Source: Candidatus Delongbacteria bacterium (GTDB taxonomy: Bacteria; CAIWAD01). Taken from it: a DNA stretch of 64,000 nucleotides. The notes under the pieces are model-generated. The model made no database searches. It saw only the letters and a list, made by a program, of their open reading frames with translations, and was not told the DNA's origin. Numbering within the stretch: position 1 is the stretch's first letter; each line of letters opens with the position of its first letter. The stretch covers positions 864,001-928,000 of the forward strand of contig OY760505.1 in assembly GCA_963663545.1 (NCBI GenBank). Reading direction: 5' to 3'. The translations under genes were made by a program, and so were the position numbers. Positions 52,380 through 63,200 of this stretch are shown here, piece after piece.

Positions 52380-55043
52380 TCACCTCATCACACTCGCCGT
52401 TTGCAGACCCATGTTGGGATGATGCATCGGCATGGTCATCTTCTTCTTGTGACACAGCGCGCAGTTCTCTTCTGCACCGATGCTCCTGGTGTTCCCCTGA
52501 TACTGCAGGGGCTGCAGGTTGTCACGATTCGCCTCAAAGATATTGTGTGCCGGGTAAACAGCGTGAGTCGAGCCGTGGCAGGCTTCGCACATCAGCTTGC
52601 CGGTGCCGTCGTGACTCATGCGATAGAGTTTGCTGCCGTCGGGCGTCCACTGGTTGAAGGCACTGGCGTTCTCGGCGGCGGGATTGAAATCCTTGTGACA
52701 GCCACTGCAATCAGGCTCGTTCAACCAGGGCTGGCGCGCGTTGATTTGGGCGACATCGCTCACCTTGCGCGGACGCAGGTTGGCCATCAGACGGGCAGCG
52801 CCCTTCTTGCCATGCTCGTGCTCGTACTTCAGCAGACTCAGGGCGTGATCCTCAAGCGTGCCATGGCAACTGGTGCAGTCGGTGGCGTCGCGATGGGCAC
52901 CACGCAGGCAGTGCGTTGATCCCGTGGGAGACGAAGGATGGCAGCGCGCACAGGCATCGGCCCCCGCGTCGCTCAAGTAATTGGCATGCCAACCGTGCAT
53001 GGCAGCGGGGAAGGATAGCAGCTCGGGTTGTCCCTGGGTTCCCAGCACCGGATCGGCATGGCAGCTCTGGCAAAGATGGGGTTCACCCGCTTGCGCCTGC
53101 TCCAGCAGATTGGTGCGGCTGTAGCGATCATGGGCAAACAGGATGTCGGCCGAAGTGGCATCGCTGAAACCGGCCACACCATCGACGCGCCAGGGCCCCC
53201 CGTGGCAATTTCGACATCCCATCTCGGTCGAGTTGGGCGCCACTACCTTGGTGCGCGCCAAGAGGGCCCCCTCTGTATCACGCGCCGTCACTTCAAAGAC
53301 CGGGAAGGGATTGTACTTGCCGTCCTGGTAGCAGGTCACCGGAATCAGATTGGCACCAAAGGCGTGATGCGCCTCTTCGTACTTCATGTCGCCACTGACG
53401 CCATTGCCGGACAGACCGACGCCCACCGGCAGATCCTTGGCCCCGAAATTGGAGTGGGCGAATTCCCAGAAGCGTACATCGTCCTGTGGAGTGCGGAAGC
53501 CCTCTTCCACTTCATAGCTGATGGTGACACCTTCGCTGACCACCTCTGGCTTGGCACCGCGACGAATGAGTTGAGCGAAAAGGTCGTTGGCCGGCGGCAG
53601 CAGGACCCAGTAGGGATCGCTGTCGCTGATGCAGTGCATGCCCAGATTGTTCCAGGCCAGCAACACGTAATCGTCCTTCTTTGGGTCAAAGGGCGGAATC
53701 TCGGTGTGCAGCTGAGGCGGCGTCCACGCAGGCGCTTCCGGTCGCGGCTTAGCCTGTAGCTCGTATACGACGTAGGCGGCCAACGCTTCCTTTTCCTCCT
53801 GTGTGCCCACAAAAGGCGGCATGTAGCGATTAACCTTGCCCTGGCCCGTCATCTGGGCCTGCAGACCGAAGCTGCTGTATTTGGCCGTGAGGGGCAGGAT
53901 GTCATTGAGCACACCGTTCACGCTGTGACACGCGGCGCACTCGAGCTGAAACAGCCGACGCCCCATCTCGATCTGGTTGTCCGGCGTGATACGACGCTCG
54001 GGCAGCCAGCGCGCATGGGCCAGCACGCCTTCCTGATTGATCTGCTGCACCTGCGAGGGCATAACGTTGCTGGAATAGAGGTAATCGTAGATCACGAAGG
54101 GGCGACGTCCCGCCTCACGGATGTACTCGAAGCTGCCGATCCAGGAAAGCCCGACAAGCAGCATTACAGCCGCCAACAGACCATGAATCAGCTTGGGCGG
54201 ACGCAGCCAGCCCAGTACCGTAGCCAGCAGACTGGCAAGGCCCAGCGCTCCGCCCACCATGACGATACGGCCCAGCCACACGTAGATTTCAGGCGAGCGC
54301 TGCAAAATGATCTCACGAACTTCAGGCGGAGTGGCATGTAAGTACCACCACGCAGCAGGCAGGCTGAGCAGGAAGGGCGGCAGCAGCCAGGTGGCGCAGG
54401 CCTTCATGGCACGCAGCCGCAGCTCGCGATCGCGCAGGAAAGCCGAGGTGAAGAAGCCGAACAGACCGGCGATGGTGAGCGCCAGGAAGGTGCGGAAGAC
54501 CAGCGCAGGCAGGAAGCCCGGGTTGAAGAAGCCCAGCCAGAAGTTGCCGTTTTGCAACCAACCACCAGGCGTGAGCATGAAGGTCAGAATGCCATTGATG
54601 ATGAAGAGCGAGGCCCAGGCGGCACCGAAGTAGATCCAGCCGATCTTGATGTGCGTCTTCGGATTCATCTTGTCGAAAGTGGCCACGTAAATCAGCAGCG
54701 CGGCGATCTCGACAAAAAAGAAGACCCACTCCGTAGCCCAGCCGAAGACGAAGTTGTGAATCAGCACCGAGGTCGCGGCGGGATTGAGCAGCGAAATCGT
54801 AAACCAGATGCCCACGCCCGTCAGACCACCGAAAACCATTGTCAACAGCAGGAAGAACTTGGCGTGAACGCGTACGAAGTCCAGCAGCCCCTTGTCCTGC
54901 GTGTTACGCGCCTTGGACTCCAGCAGCACCAGAAAGAGACCGCCGCCCACGGCAAAATGTGATACAAAGACATGCACGATGGCGATCAGCGCAATCCAGA
55001 AGCCGCCGCCCGTTGTCCAGAGTTCCCAGTAGGGGTAATTCAT
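52380..55043 (-). CDS. CydA-like membrane protein fused to an octaheme c region (OR-C1a-like)
   Basis: [33 protein letters not shown]; eight CxxCH motifs. Confidence 0.88.
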   Translation of the reverse strand: MNYPYWELWTTGGGFWIALIAIVHVFVSHFAVGGGLFLVLLESKARNTQDKGLLDFVRVHAKFFLLLTMVFGGLTGVGIWFTISLLNPAATSVLIHNFVFGWATEWVFFFVEIAALLIYVATFDKMNPKTHIKIGWIYFGAAWASLFIINGILTFMLTPGGWLQNGNFWLGFFNPGFLPALVFRTFLALTIAGLFGFFTSAFLRDRELRLRAMKACATWLLPPFLLSLPAAWWYLHATPPEVREIILQRSPEIYVWLGRIVMVGGALGLASLLATVLGWLRPPKLIHGLLAAVMLLVGLSWIGSFEYIREAGRRPFVIYDYLYSSNVMPSQVQQINQEGVLAHARWLPERRITPDNQIEMGRRLFQLECAACHSVNGVLNDILPLTAKYSSFGLQAQMTGQGKVNRYMPPFVGTQEEKEALAAYVVYELQAKPRPEAPAWTPPQLHTEIPPFDPKKDDYVLLAWNNLGMHCISDSDPYWVLLPPANDLFAQLIRRGAKPEVVSEGVTISYEVEEGFRTPQDDVRFWEFAHSNFGAKDLPVGVGLSGNGVSGDMKYEEAHHAFGANLIPVTCYQDGKYNPFPVFEVTARDTEGALLARTKVVAPNSTEMGCRNCHGGPWRVDGVAGFSDATSADILFAHDRYSRTNLLEQAQAGEPHLCQSCHADPVLGTQGQPELLSFPAAMHGWHANYLSDAGADACARCHPSSPTGSTHCLRGAHRDATDCTSCHGTLEDHALSLLKYEHEHGKKGAARLMANLRPRKVSDVAQINARQPWLNEPDCSGCHKDFNPAAENASAFNQWTPDGSKLYRMSHDGTGKLMCEACHGSTHAVYPAHNIFEANRDNLQPLQYQGNTRSIGAEENCALCHKKKMTMPMHHPNMGLQTASVMR

Positions 55044-55044
55044 G

Positions 55045-56091
55045 TTATCCCTCCCGGACCGCGGCTGCGGCCTGCTTGAGCATCCAACCAAGAACCACCA
55101 GTCCACCCACGAAGGTCACAAGGAAAAGGATCATCGGGCTGTACTGTGTCACCTGCGGCAAATCAGCCAGCGAAAAATCGGGCAGATAACCGCCGCGCAC
55201 GGCGTCGCGCATCAGCGCCATGACGGCTACCAGCAGCGCCAGCATACTCACCGTCGGCCAGACCCTTTTGCGGAAGCCAGTCACTAGCACACCGACTGCC
55301 AGCACAACGCCCAGCAGCAGCAGAATGGTGGCGTAAAGGCTGTCCCCCATGAAGAGCAATAAAATCGGCCGCGGCAGCGCAATGAGGAACCAGAGGCCGA
55401 TGAAGATTTGTATCACGGTAGCATAGCTGAATATGTTCATGCCGTAATCGACGACCGCCCTCATCTCGGGCTTCTTGGCCAGCTGGCGCTGGGCCAGTAG
55501 TGCGCGTGTCAGACCACCAACAGCAAGGGAAGCAATGACAAAGTGCAGCCAGCGCGGCCACAGAGTGGAATCTCCCAGCAGCAGTGTACCGGAAGCATCA
55601 CTGAACCAGGCACCCCAGTCACCGGGGCGCAGCATGAGCGTCATGTTGGTGGTAAAGAAGAAGGAAACCACCAGCAAGAGTGCGCATACGAGTAGTAGCA
55701 CAAACGTGCGCCCGACACCTGGCTCACTCAGCTTGTAGCGCAGAATGTACAAGCCATAGTAGGCCGTCATCAGCAGCACAATAATCGACAGCCACCACAC
55801 AGCCATCATGATGGAGCTAACGTAGATATAGTGGCCGAAGAGCACCTGGACGAAGAGCAGAGGAGCCACACCCAGATTGATAGTGAAAGCCATCAACCAG
55901 GGAAGCTGGCGCCCCATTCCCGCGTCACGGTTCTGTCCGCGAACGCTGTCGGCAAAGGCCAGCAGCACGCCGCCCAGCATGGCGTTCATCACCAGTAGAT
56001 GCAGGACGAAGGTCAGGATCAGTAAGAGTTGAAACCAGCCCCACGCCACCGGAATGGCATCGGGAGTTGGAATCAGATCGCCTGGAGTCAT
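55045..56091 (-). CDS. Partner CydA-like membrane subunit (OR-C1b-like)
   Basis: TFVLHLLVMN, INLGVAPLLFVQV, PRWLHF, MRD..R; directly upstream of the octaheme gene. Confidence 0.8.
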   Translation of the reverse strand: MTPGDLIPTPDAIPVAWGWFQLLLILTFVLHLLVMNAMLGGVLLAFADSVRGQNRDAGMGRQLPWLMAFTINLGVAPLLFVQVLFGHYIYVSSIMMAVWWLSIIVLLMTAYYGLYILRYKLSEPGVGRTFVLLLVCALLLVVSFFFTTNMTLMLRPGDWGAWFSDASGTLLLGDSTLWPRWLHFVIASLAVGGLTRALLAQRQLAKKPEMRAVVDYGMNIFSYATVIQIFIGLWFLIALPRPILLLFMGDSLYATILLLLGVVLAVGVLVTGFRKRVWPTVSMLALLVAVMALMRDAVRGGYLPDFSLADLPQVTQYSPMILFLVTFVGGLVVLGWMLKQAAAAVREG

Positions 56092-56288
56092 GAGTCTCTC
56101 CTTTGCGGATGCAACTCGAGCAGGCGCAGTTTACCCGTCGAGTCTGTGGAAGGAGTCTATGCTTGGTTCACGTTTCCCATCGAAGCGCCGCAGGATCCAA
56201 TGCATGTGGTGGCGCACGACACCAAGGAAGTATATCCCTGCTATGAGACCAAGATCTTTATCGTGTTAGATTTGATGCATCTTCATGA

Positions 56289-56978
56289 TCAGAGCAGAAA
56301 AGCACTGCTTATCTCAATATGCGCAGCTTGCAGCCCCTCGCGTAAAGGATGACCGGATTGGTCCTGATTGAGGTGCTCGCCACGACCGTCCTGCAGCCAA
56401 CGTGCAAAGCCCGACGCATTGAGCCAGTACCACAAGCCCCAGTTGGGGAAGTTCCACTCTTCGGAATATGGGTTGGTCTCGTAGTCGATGTAGTACAGCC
56501 GTTTGTCACGCAGTACAAAATTGGCGGGAAACCAATCCAGGTTCAGCCCTGCATCACGGCAGATACGATGCAGCTCCGCTAACTGGGCAAAGCACTCCTG
56601 CGGTACGCGGTCCTGGGCAATCAACTCCGGCGCATCCTCGCCGTGGATATACTCCTTGAGCAACCAGTCTTTGTCCACGCTGTATGACAACAGTTCGGGC
56701 ATGGGAACACCAAGTCTGCGCAGCCGCTGTTCTGCATCCAACTCGCAGCCCAGCTTGTCTGCGTCGAACCGATAGAAGGAATTGGGCTGATGATGAATCA
56801 GCTTCAACACGCGCTCGACACCGGCGCACTTGACCAGCCATGAAATGCCGGACTTCCCGCGCCCAAGCTCGCGCACAGCTTGGCAGTGTGTATCACCAAT
56901 CAGAAGGCTCTGAGCGCTCTCGAGTGAGGGCAGAAGTGGATGTAGCGGAGCGGACTCAGCGTGTATCACGTGCGACAC
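56289..56978 (-). CDS. Protein-kinase-like (RIO/Kdo-type fold) small kinase
   Basis: LGRGKSG, VLK, KEYIHG, D..P.N, YIDYE; start uncertain. Confidence 0.7.
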   Translation of the reverse strand: MSHVIHAESAPLHPLLPSLESAQSLLIGDTHCQAVRELGRGKSGISWLVKCAGVERVLKLIHHQPNSFYRFDADKLGCELDAEQRLRRLGVPMPELLSYSVDKDWLLKEYIHGEDAPELIAQDRVPQECFAQLAELHRICRDAGLNLDWFPANFVLRDKRLYYIDYETNPYSEEWNFPNWGLWYWLNASGFARWLQDGRGEHLNQDQSGHPLREGLQAAHIEISSAFLL

Positions 56979-58167
56979 GCCTCCAGATGGCGATCATACG
57001 TCCGGCCAACGCTGACCAGCCGAAGCGCTCAACCAGTTCTGCTCCAGCAGATCCAGCGGGCCCCAAAGACATCGCGTGTGCGAGTGTGTTACACAGCTCA
57101 CTCACAAAGACCGAGCGGTATTCTCCTACAGGTTCATCTACGCTGGCCATCGGCGGCTGTGTCACAAGATGCAGACTATCTCCAAGCCAGGGGGCCAAGC
57201 CCTGGCGGATACCGGGCAGCCCCGTAGCCACGAGACGACAGCCACAGGCGCGGGCTTCCGCCAGTACCAGTGGAAGCCCTTCGTAGAAGGAGGGCAAAAC
57301 CAGCAAATCGCTCTGGCGCATCAATCCAGCCAGCTCCGACTGGGCTAACTGTCCGTGCTGAATCACATTTGGCATCTGCTCCGTGCGCGCCGCCAGCGTT
57401 TCCGCCTCTTCTCCGGCACCGGCCCCGGCGATGTGCAGCTCCCACTTTCCTGGCAGTCGCTCAATAGCGTCCAGTAGCTCGGGCAGGCCCTTGGCACGGC
57501 TGTATTTGCCAACGTAGAGCATGCGTCCCGTGGATGTGTCACAGCGGCCTTCGCTATGGAAGATGCGATCGCTGTAGCCCGTTCCCGCCACCTGGACTTC
57601 TTCAAGGGGCACGTTCAATGTTTGCGCGACCTGTCTGCGCTGCTCATCGTGCAGAACCAGCCAGGCGTTGGCCTTCCGGCAGCCGTGTATCACTTCCTCT
57701 GCAAGATGGGGGCAGAGCACAAGCTGTCGCAGGCCGGTTGCATGGCTGTAGATCACCAGCGGTATGGATCCGCGCAACTCCGCTACCGTGGCGCTAAGCA
57801 GCCAGATGTGGTTGCTCTGAATCAGATCCGGTTGCCAGTCGCGCAAGATCTGTATCACGCAGGCGCGCCAGGCTTGGCGATACGATTCCAACTGTGGGGA
57901 TGTCAGCTGAGCAAAACGGCTGCTCTTGTAGGGCATCACATCGCTCATGCCCGGTAGCGCAAAAGGCAACTCTTCCCCACCAAATCGCAGTGCGTAAACA
58001 TCCTCGTGCGTCAGGCCCCCCACCTGAGGGACAGCGGCCTCAGCGGGAAGTCCCACCAGCACACGCTGCTCGATTCCCTGACGGCGAGCCTGGTCCACCA
58101 CTTCGTGCAGAGCAACACCGCTGCCAGTATAAGCAGGCTGCTGGGAAAGCAGGTGTAGTACACGCAT
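56956..58167 (-). CDS. GT4-family glycosyltransferase
   Basis: TGSGV, PDLI.SNH, YVGK...KG, LPSFYEGLPLVLAEA. Confidence 0.9.
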   Translation of the reverse strand: MRVLHLLSQQPAYTGSGVALHEVVDQARRQGIEQRVLVGLPAEAAVPQVGGLTHEDVYALRFGGEELPFALPGMSDVMPYKSSRFAQLTSPQLESYRQAWRACVIQILRDWQPDLIQSNHIWLLSATVAELRGSIPLVIYSHATGLRQLVLCPHLAEEVIHGCRKANAWLVLHDEQRRQVAQTLNVPLEEVQVAGTGYSDRIFHSEGRCDTSTGRMLYVGKYSRAKGLPELLDAIERLPGKWELHIAGAGAGEEAETLAARTEQMPNVIQHGQLAQSELAGLMRQSDLLVLPSFYEGLPLVLAEARACGCRLVATGLPGIRQGLAPWLGDSLHLVTQPPMASVDEPVGEYRSVFVSELCNTLAHAMSLGPAGSAGAELVERFGWSALAGRMIAIWRRVARDTR

Positions 58168-58179
58168 GGTCAGGATTCC

Positions 58180-58911
58180 TTAAACAATGACCGTGATCCA
58201 CTGCCAGCACAGCAGTCCACCCAGTAGAAGCAGACTTAGAAAAACGCCACGACGAAACAGCTGTTGGGGTAGACGGGTGGCCAGACGCCCTCCCAACCAA
58301 ACTCCTGCGATCGTGCAAGGAAGGGCGAAGACGAAATAGCGAAAGAGCCCCATGCTCCACAAACCGCCCAGGCCGTGTGACACAGCAATAGATAGCGCAG
58401 CAGGCAGAAAGTAACCTTGGAGCGTGGCGCGAAAGCGCTGACTGTTGTAGCCGCGTAGTGTGCACCACACCACCACCGGGGGACCATTAACATTGGCGGC
58501 ACCGCCCAACAATCCGGCAATGAATCCCGTTGGGTAAATCGACCACGTATCACGCAGCTCGCATTCCCGTGTGCTGAAAAGCTGCCAAAGCGTGTACCAC
58601 ACCAATAGCAGGCCAAGACCGCCCAGGATCCAGCTCTCCGGTGCACGCCGAAGCAGCACAACTCCCAGCGGCAGTCCCAATAGTGTTCCTGCCACCAGGC
58701 GCAGGGCCGAAGGCCAGTCCACGTCACTGCGCGTGTGACGCAGCATCAGCAGCACAATACTCAGTGATCCCAGAGCGACCAGCGGAGTCGCCAGGCGTGG
58801 CCCTAGCACCAGTCCCAGTAAAGGCATGGCTAGCAGGGCATCACCAAAACCCAGCGCTCCACGTACACAGGCAGCCACCAGGCTGATCAGGCAGACGGCG
58901 AGGATCTCCAT
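58180..58911 (-). CDS. TauE/SafE-family transporter
   Basis: G.LGFG..L..MP, AGLLGG....GPP, FRAT. Confidence 0.88.
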   Translation of the reverse strand: MEILAVCLISLVAACVRGALGFGDALLAMPLLGLVLGPRLATPLVALGSLSIVLLMLRHTRSDVDWPSALRLVAGTLLGLPLGVVLLRRAPESWILGGLGLLLVWYTLWQLFSTRECELRDTWSIYPTGFIAGLLGGAANVNGPPVVVWCTLRGYNSQRFRATLQGYFLPAALSIAVSHGLGGLWSMGLFRYFVFALPCTIAGVWLGGRLATRLPQQLFRRGVFLSLLLLGGLLCWQWITVIV

Positions 58912-60176
58912 CAGTCACACTTGCCCAACTCACCGGCCAACCCACGCAAATCCTGTCCGCTGGGCTGCTGGAACACATGCAGATCGAAGACCGGCACCAT
59001 GGCCAACACGCGGTCGAAGATGTCTGCCTGAATGGCCTCGTACTGTGCCCATTCTGTAGTACGCGTGAAGACATAGATCTCGATGGGAAGCCCGGTGGGG
59101 CCGGGCTGCAGTTGCCGGATGAGAAAGGTCATGTCCTGATGCACGGCGGGATGCTGCCGCAGCCAGAGTTGCAGCCAGGCGCGAAAGCAGCCGATGTTGG
59201 TCAAGCCGCGGCCATTGACGGCGTCCTGCGCCTGCAAACCCAGGCGTGCATGTTCTTCGCCGATTTCCTGCAACTTGCCCTGCATGTACTCCTTGAGCAG
59301 GCCAATGCTCAGCAGTCGCTGGCGCAAGGCTTCATCGAGGAAACGAATGCTGCCCTGGTCGATGTGAATCGCGCGCTTGATGCGACGACCACCGGATTGC
59401 TCCATGCCGCGCCAATTGCGGAAGCTTCCGGAGATCAGCTGGTACGTAGGAATGGTGACAATGGTCTTGTCCCAGTTCTGCACTTTGACCGTGGTCAGTG
59501 ATACATCAATCACCGTTCCGTCGGCGCCCGCCTGGGGTTGTTCTATCCAATCGCCACGCGCCACCATTTGATTGGCAGAGAGTTGCACGCCTGCCACCAG
59601 GCCTAGAATGGCATCACGAAAAACGAGCATCAGTACAGCAGCAAACGCCCCCAGCCCGGAAAGCAACACCAGAGGACTACGCCCCAGCAGCTGTGATACA
59701 AAGAGAATCAGACACACGCTCCAGGCAAGTATCTGCAGCACTTGAATGAAGCCCTTCAGAGGGACTTCGCGGGCGCGGTCACGCTGATCGTAAATCTGTA
59801 ACACGGTGCGCAGTAGAGCTGTGGCAATAGTCGTACCGACGATGATCAACCACAGGCGCAGCAATAACAGAAGCAGGCTGTGCAGCGCACTGCCTTCATC
59901 CAGCACAAGCGGTAACAGCATGTAGATGCTGAGCAAAGGAACCACGCGAAAGACCTGCTGGGGCACACGGTTTTCCAGGAGCGCGTCGTCCCAATTCGTT
60001 TCGGTGCGCAGGATAAAGCGCTTCAGAACTGCCAACACAGGGCGCCAGAGCACCCAGTGTATCACAACGGCCAGTAGCAGCAGAAACAACACACCGCCGG
60101 CCATGCCCAAATGATCTGCCGTTGTAGACAACAATCCCTGCTCCTGCAGCAATCGACTGAAATAGCTCTGCATCAC
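58911..60176 (-). CDS. MscS-family mechanosensitive channel (YbdG-like)
   Basis: GDWI, ADG.V, TTVKVQNWDKTI.TIP, SFRNWRGM..SGGRRIKR, FQQPSG. Confidence 0.93.
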   Translation of the reverse strand: MMQSYFSRLLQEQGLLSTTADHLGMAGGVLFLLLLAVVIHWVLWRPVLAVLKRFILRTETNWDDALLENRVPQQVFRVVPLLSIYMLLPLVLDEGSALHSLLLLLLRLWLIIVGTTIATALLRTVLQIYDQRDRAREVPLKGFIQVLQILAWSVCLILFVSQLLGRSPLVLLSGLGAFAAVLMLVFRDAILGLVAGVQLSANQMVARGDWIEQPQAGADGTVIDVSLTTVKVQNWDKTIVTIPTYQLISGSFRNWRGMEQSGGRRIKRAIHIDQGSIRFLDEALRQRLLSIGLLKEYMQGKLQEIGEEHARLGLQAQDAVNGRGLTNIGCFRAWLQLWLRQHPAVHQDMTFLIRQLQPGPTGLPIEIYVFTRTTEWAQYEAIQADIFDRVLAMVPVFDLHVFQQPSGQDLRGLAGELGKCD

Positions 60177-60224
60177 GCCTCCAACTTCACCTGCTGCAAA
60201 TGTAGGGATCGCCGGGGCGGCCCC

Positions 60225-60262
60225 AAAGAAAAGCCGGCGCCACTTCTGAAGCGACGCCGGCC
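60225..60262 (-). terminator. Intrinsic terminator after the S8 protease gene
   Basis: GCCGGCG stem extended by CTTC/GAAG, then TTTTCTTT on minus strand. Confidence 0.75.
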
Positions 60263-60283
60263 TGTGTTTTGTGATACGTGATC

Positions 60284-63200
60284 TTAGTTCGTGGCAATCA
60301 CGCGATAGAAGCGCAGCTGGTCTGCGGCCACCTCGCCCAGACTATAGCTGAGGTCCGTTGTCGTAGCCAGCGTGCTCCAGCTTCCGCCAAACACAGTGGC
60401 CACTTCAATGCGATAAGCGCTGGCACCGGCAATGGCCTCCCACTGCAGACTCACCAGACCCGCATCGTTCTGGATCACCGTAACAGGCGTTTCCAACTCA
60501 AGCGAACCCACGGTCAGCGTCACCGGCACTACGATGGTGGCATTGTCCGGATCGTTGCAGCTAATGGTGATGCTGCCGGTGTACTCACCTTCCAGCATGT
60601 CGGTGGTGTCGAAGTCAACCAGCAGATTCTGGCTGCTGCCAATGCCCACAGTACCCGAAGTCGGTGAAATGGTGAACCAAGGCTCCTTCTCAGGAACTGC
60701 GGTGATGAGAATGGCCATGCTTCCCGTCAGGTAGCTGCCAGTATCGTAGAGGATCTGCAGGCCGTTCGAACCCGCGGAATTCTCGATACCCACCGTGGCG
60801 CTGTTGTCCAGACCGATGGCCTGATACTGGAAGAGAATGCTGTTGTCGCTGTTTAAGATTGCCTGGAAGGTGAAGACCTCACCACTGCTGTAATGCGGAA
60901 TGGAGTCCCACTGCGCGATGAAGCGATTGGCATCGACGTAGTAATAGACTTCACCACCCAGGTTCGGGCTCAGGTCATCCCAGCAGACGGCGACAAGATT
61001 GTTCGGCTCGCTACTGGTGGGAATCGGGTCGTTCGAGTAGTCCGTGGAAGTACTGGTGAAGGAAAGGAATCCGTTCGACATCACACGCACGGTACTGAAG
61101 GTGTTATCGTAGAAGTCGAATTCGAAGCCCATCTCGATTTCGTCACTGTAATCATCATCGGCGAAACCCAGCGGAGTACCGATGCTGCTGATATCAACCC
61201 AGTTGTACGTGGGACCGCCGGTCTCATTGCTATCCATCCAGGTGTAGCCGTAGTAATCAGGGCCACCAGCGTCGCGAATCGCTGCGGGCTCACGTGTATC
61301 GGCCTCGCCCTTGGCGAGTTTCAGCTCGGCGCGTACAACCAGCGCAGGATCATCAATGGCCATGTCCGCCGACCAGTTCAACACATTTTCGCCGTCGTTG
61401 GCGATGTTCAGCGAGCGCTGTGCGGTGGTGTTGGGTTCCATGACCTGGGCAATAGACGAGGGCGTCACCAGGATTTCCGGGAAGGTGGGAACTCCCATGC
61501 TCGGCATCTGGACGAAGTCCACCCAGGCGCAATCCGAACCGCTACTAAGGCTTACATCCTTGTCGTACACCCAGCTCAGCGTGTGACTTCCAGTGCTGAG
61601 GGCGTACTCAGCATAGGTCCAGTCGATGGTGCCCGCCCACTGATCCTGCACGACGCCGTCGATCTGGAATTGCAGGTAATCGTAGCCGGATTCCGAACTC
61701 ACCTTGTACCAAAAGTCCACCGTGGAAGCGGCGGTGACTTCCAGCGCCACGCTCATGGTGCTGATCTCATTGTCATCAATGTCGCCGCTGCGTGCGCACT
61801 GGCTGCCACTGTAATACTCGGCGTCGTCAATCACCCAGATGGCATCACCGCTGAACTCCCAGGGGAAGTTATTGAAGCCGGTCTCAAAGTCCTCGTGCAG
61901 GCGGATGGGCATCACGAAGTTCAGCGTGGCCGCCGCATCGAAATGGAGGCTGGATTCCTGCGTGGAGTAGCCGGACTTCAGGGCCTGCACCGTATAGGTC
62001 GCGCCCGTGGGCAGACTTAGCGAGTACTGGCCATAGGCATTGGTGTAGACCGTGCTCAGCGGCGTATCCAGAGCGCTGATGGCCACATTGGAAAGCAGCG
62101 TACCCTCTGTGTCCATGACGGTTCCAGTCAGCAGGGCGGCCGGTGCGGGAGTCAAGCTGACGTTGTTGGTCACGGTGCCGTCTTCGGGCACGATCACTAC
62201 ATCGGTTGCCGAGACATAGCCAAAGGCCTCGTAGGACAGGGTGTAGGTGGCAGCGGGCAGGTACATGCTGTACTCGCCGCTGGCGTTGCTGGTAGTACGC
62301 TCGCTACCCGCAGTGTTGCTGATGATCGCATCGGCAATGGTGCCGCCGCTGGTGGAACTCACCGTTCCCGCAACAACGCCGTAGCCGTCCATGATTTGTG
62401 ACACAGCGGCAAAGGCGTCGATCAGGCCCCAGCCCCAGGTATTGTCTTCGCCAGTGGTACCGCGATCAAGGGCGGTATCCATCAGGATCTGCTTGATGGT
62501 GGTCACATCGGCATCAGGAGCCGCGGCGCGCATCAGCGCCACAACGCCAGCCACGTGCGGACCGGCCATGGAAGTTCCGCTCATCTCCACGTAGTCGCCA
62601 TAGGCGTCAATACTGTAGATGTCGTCACCGGGCGCTGTCACTTCGGGCTTGACGGCGTAATCGCCACCGCAACCGGAAGGCCCGCGGCTCGAGAAGTAAC
62701 TGATGGTGTTGCCGTCCGTGCTGCAGCTGCCCACGGAGAAGCAATTGGTGGCTGTGGTAGCGCGATCGGCGGGACTGCGCAAGGTGCCGCTGGTGGAGCC
62801 TTCGTTGCCCGCAGACCAGGTCAGCACAACGCCAGCAGCCTCGCAATTGTCGATGGCCGACCACCAGCGTGTATCACAATCGAGGTAGCCAAAGCTCTCG
62901 TTGACGCCCCAGGAGTTCTGCACGACGTCGGGCATGTCGTCCACCGTGCCGGAATTACCGTCGGGATCGGCAAACCACTGCAGACAGGTAACGACCGCAT
63001 TATCAAAGGATGTGCCCGCGTTCATCATGATGGGATTGGCGGCAATCCACTCGGCACCCGGCGCCACGCCGATGCTGTCGTTGGGTGCCAGACCGCAGAT
63101 AGTGCCCATGACGTGGGAACCGTGGCCGTCGCCGTCACCGGGCGTGGAATAGCCAAGTCCGGCCACATCCAGCCAGCACTCGGAAGCGGGCTCATGATTG

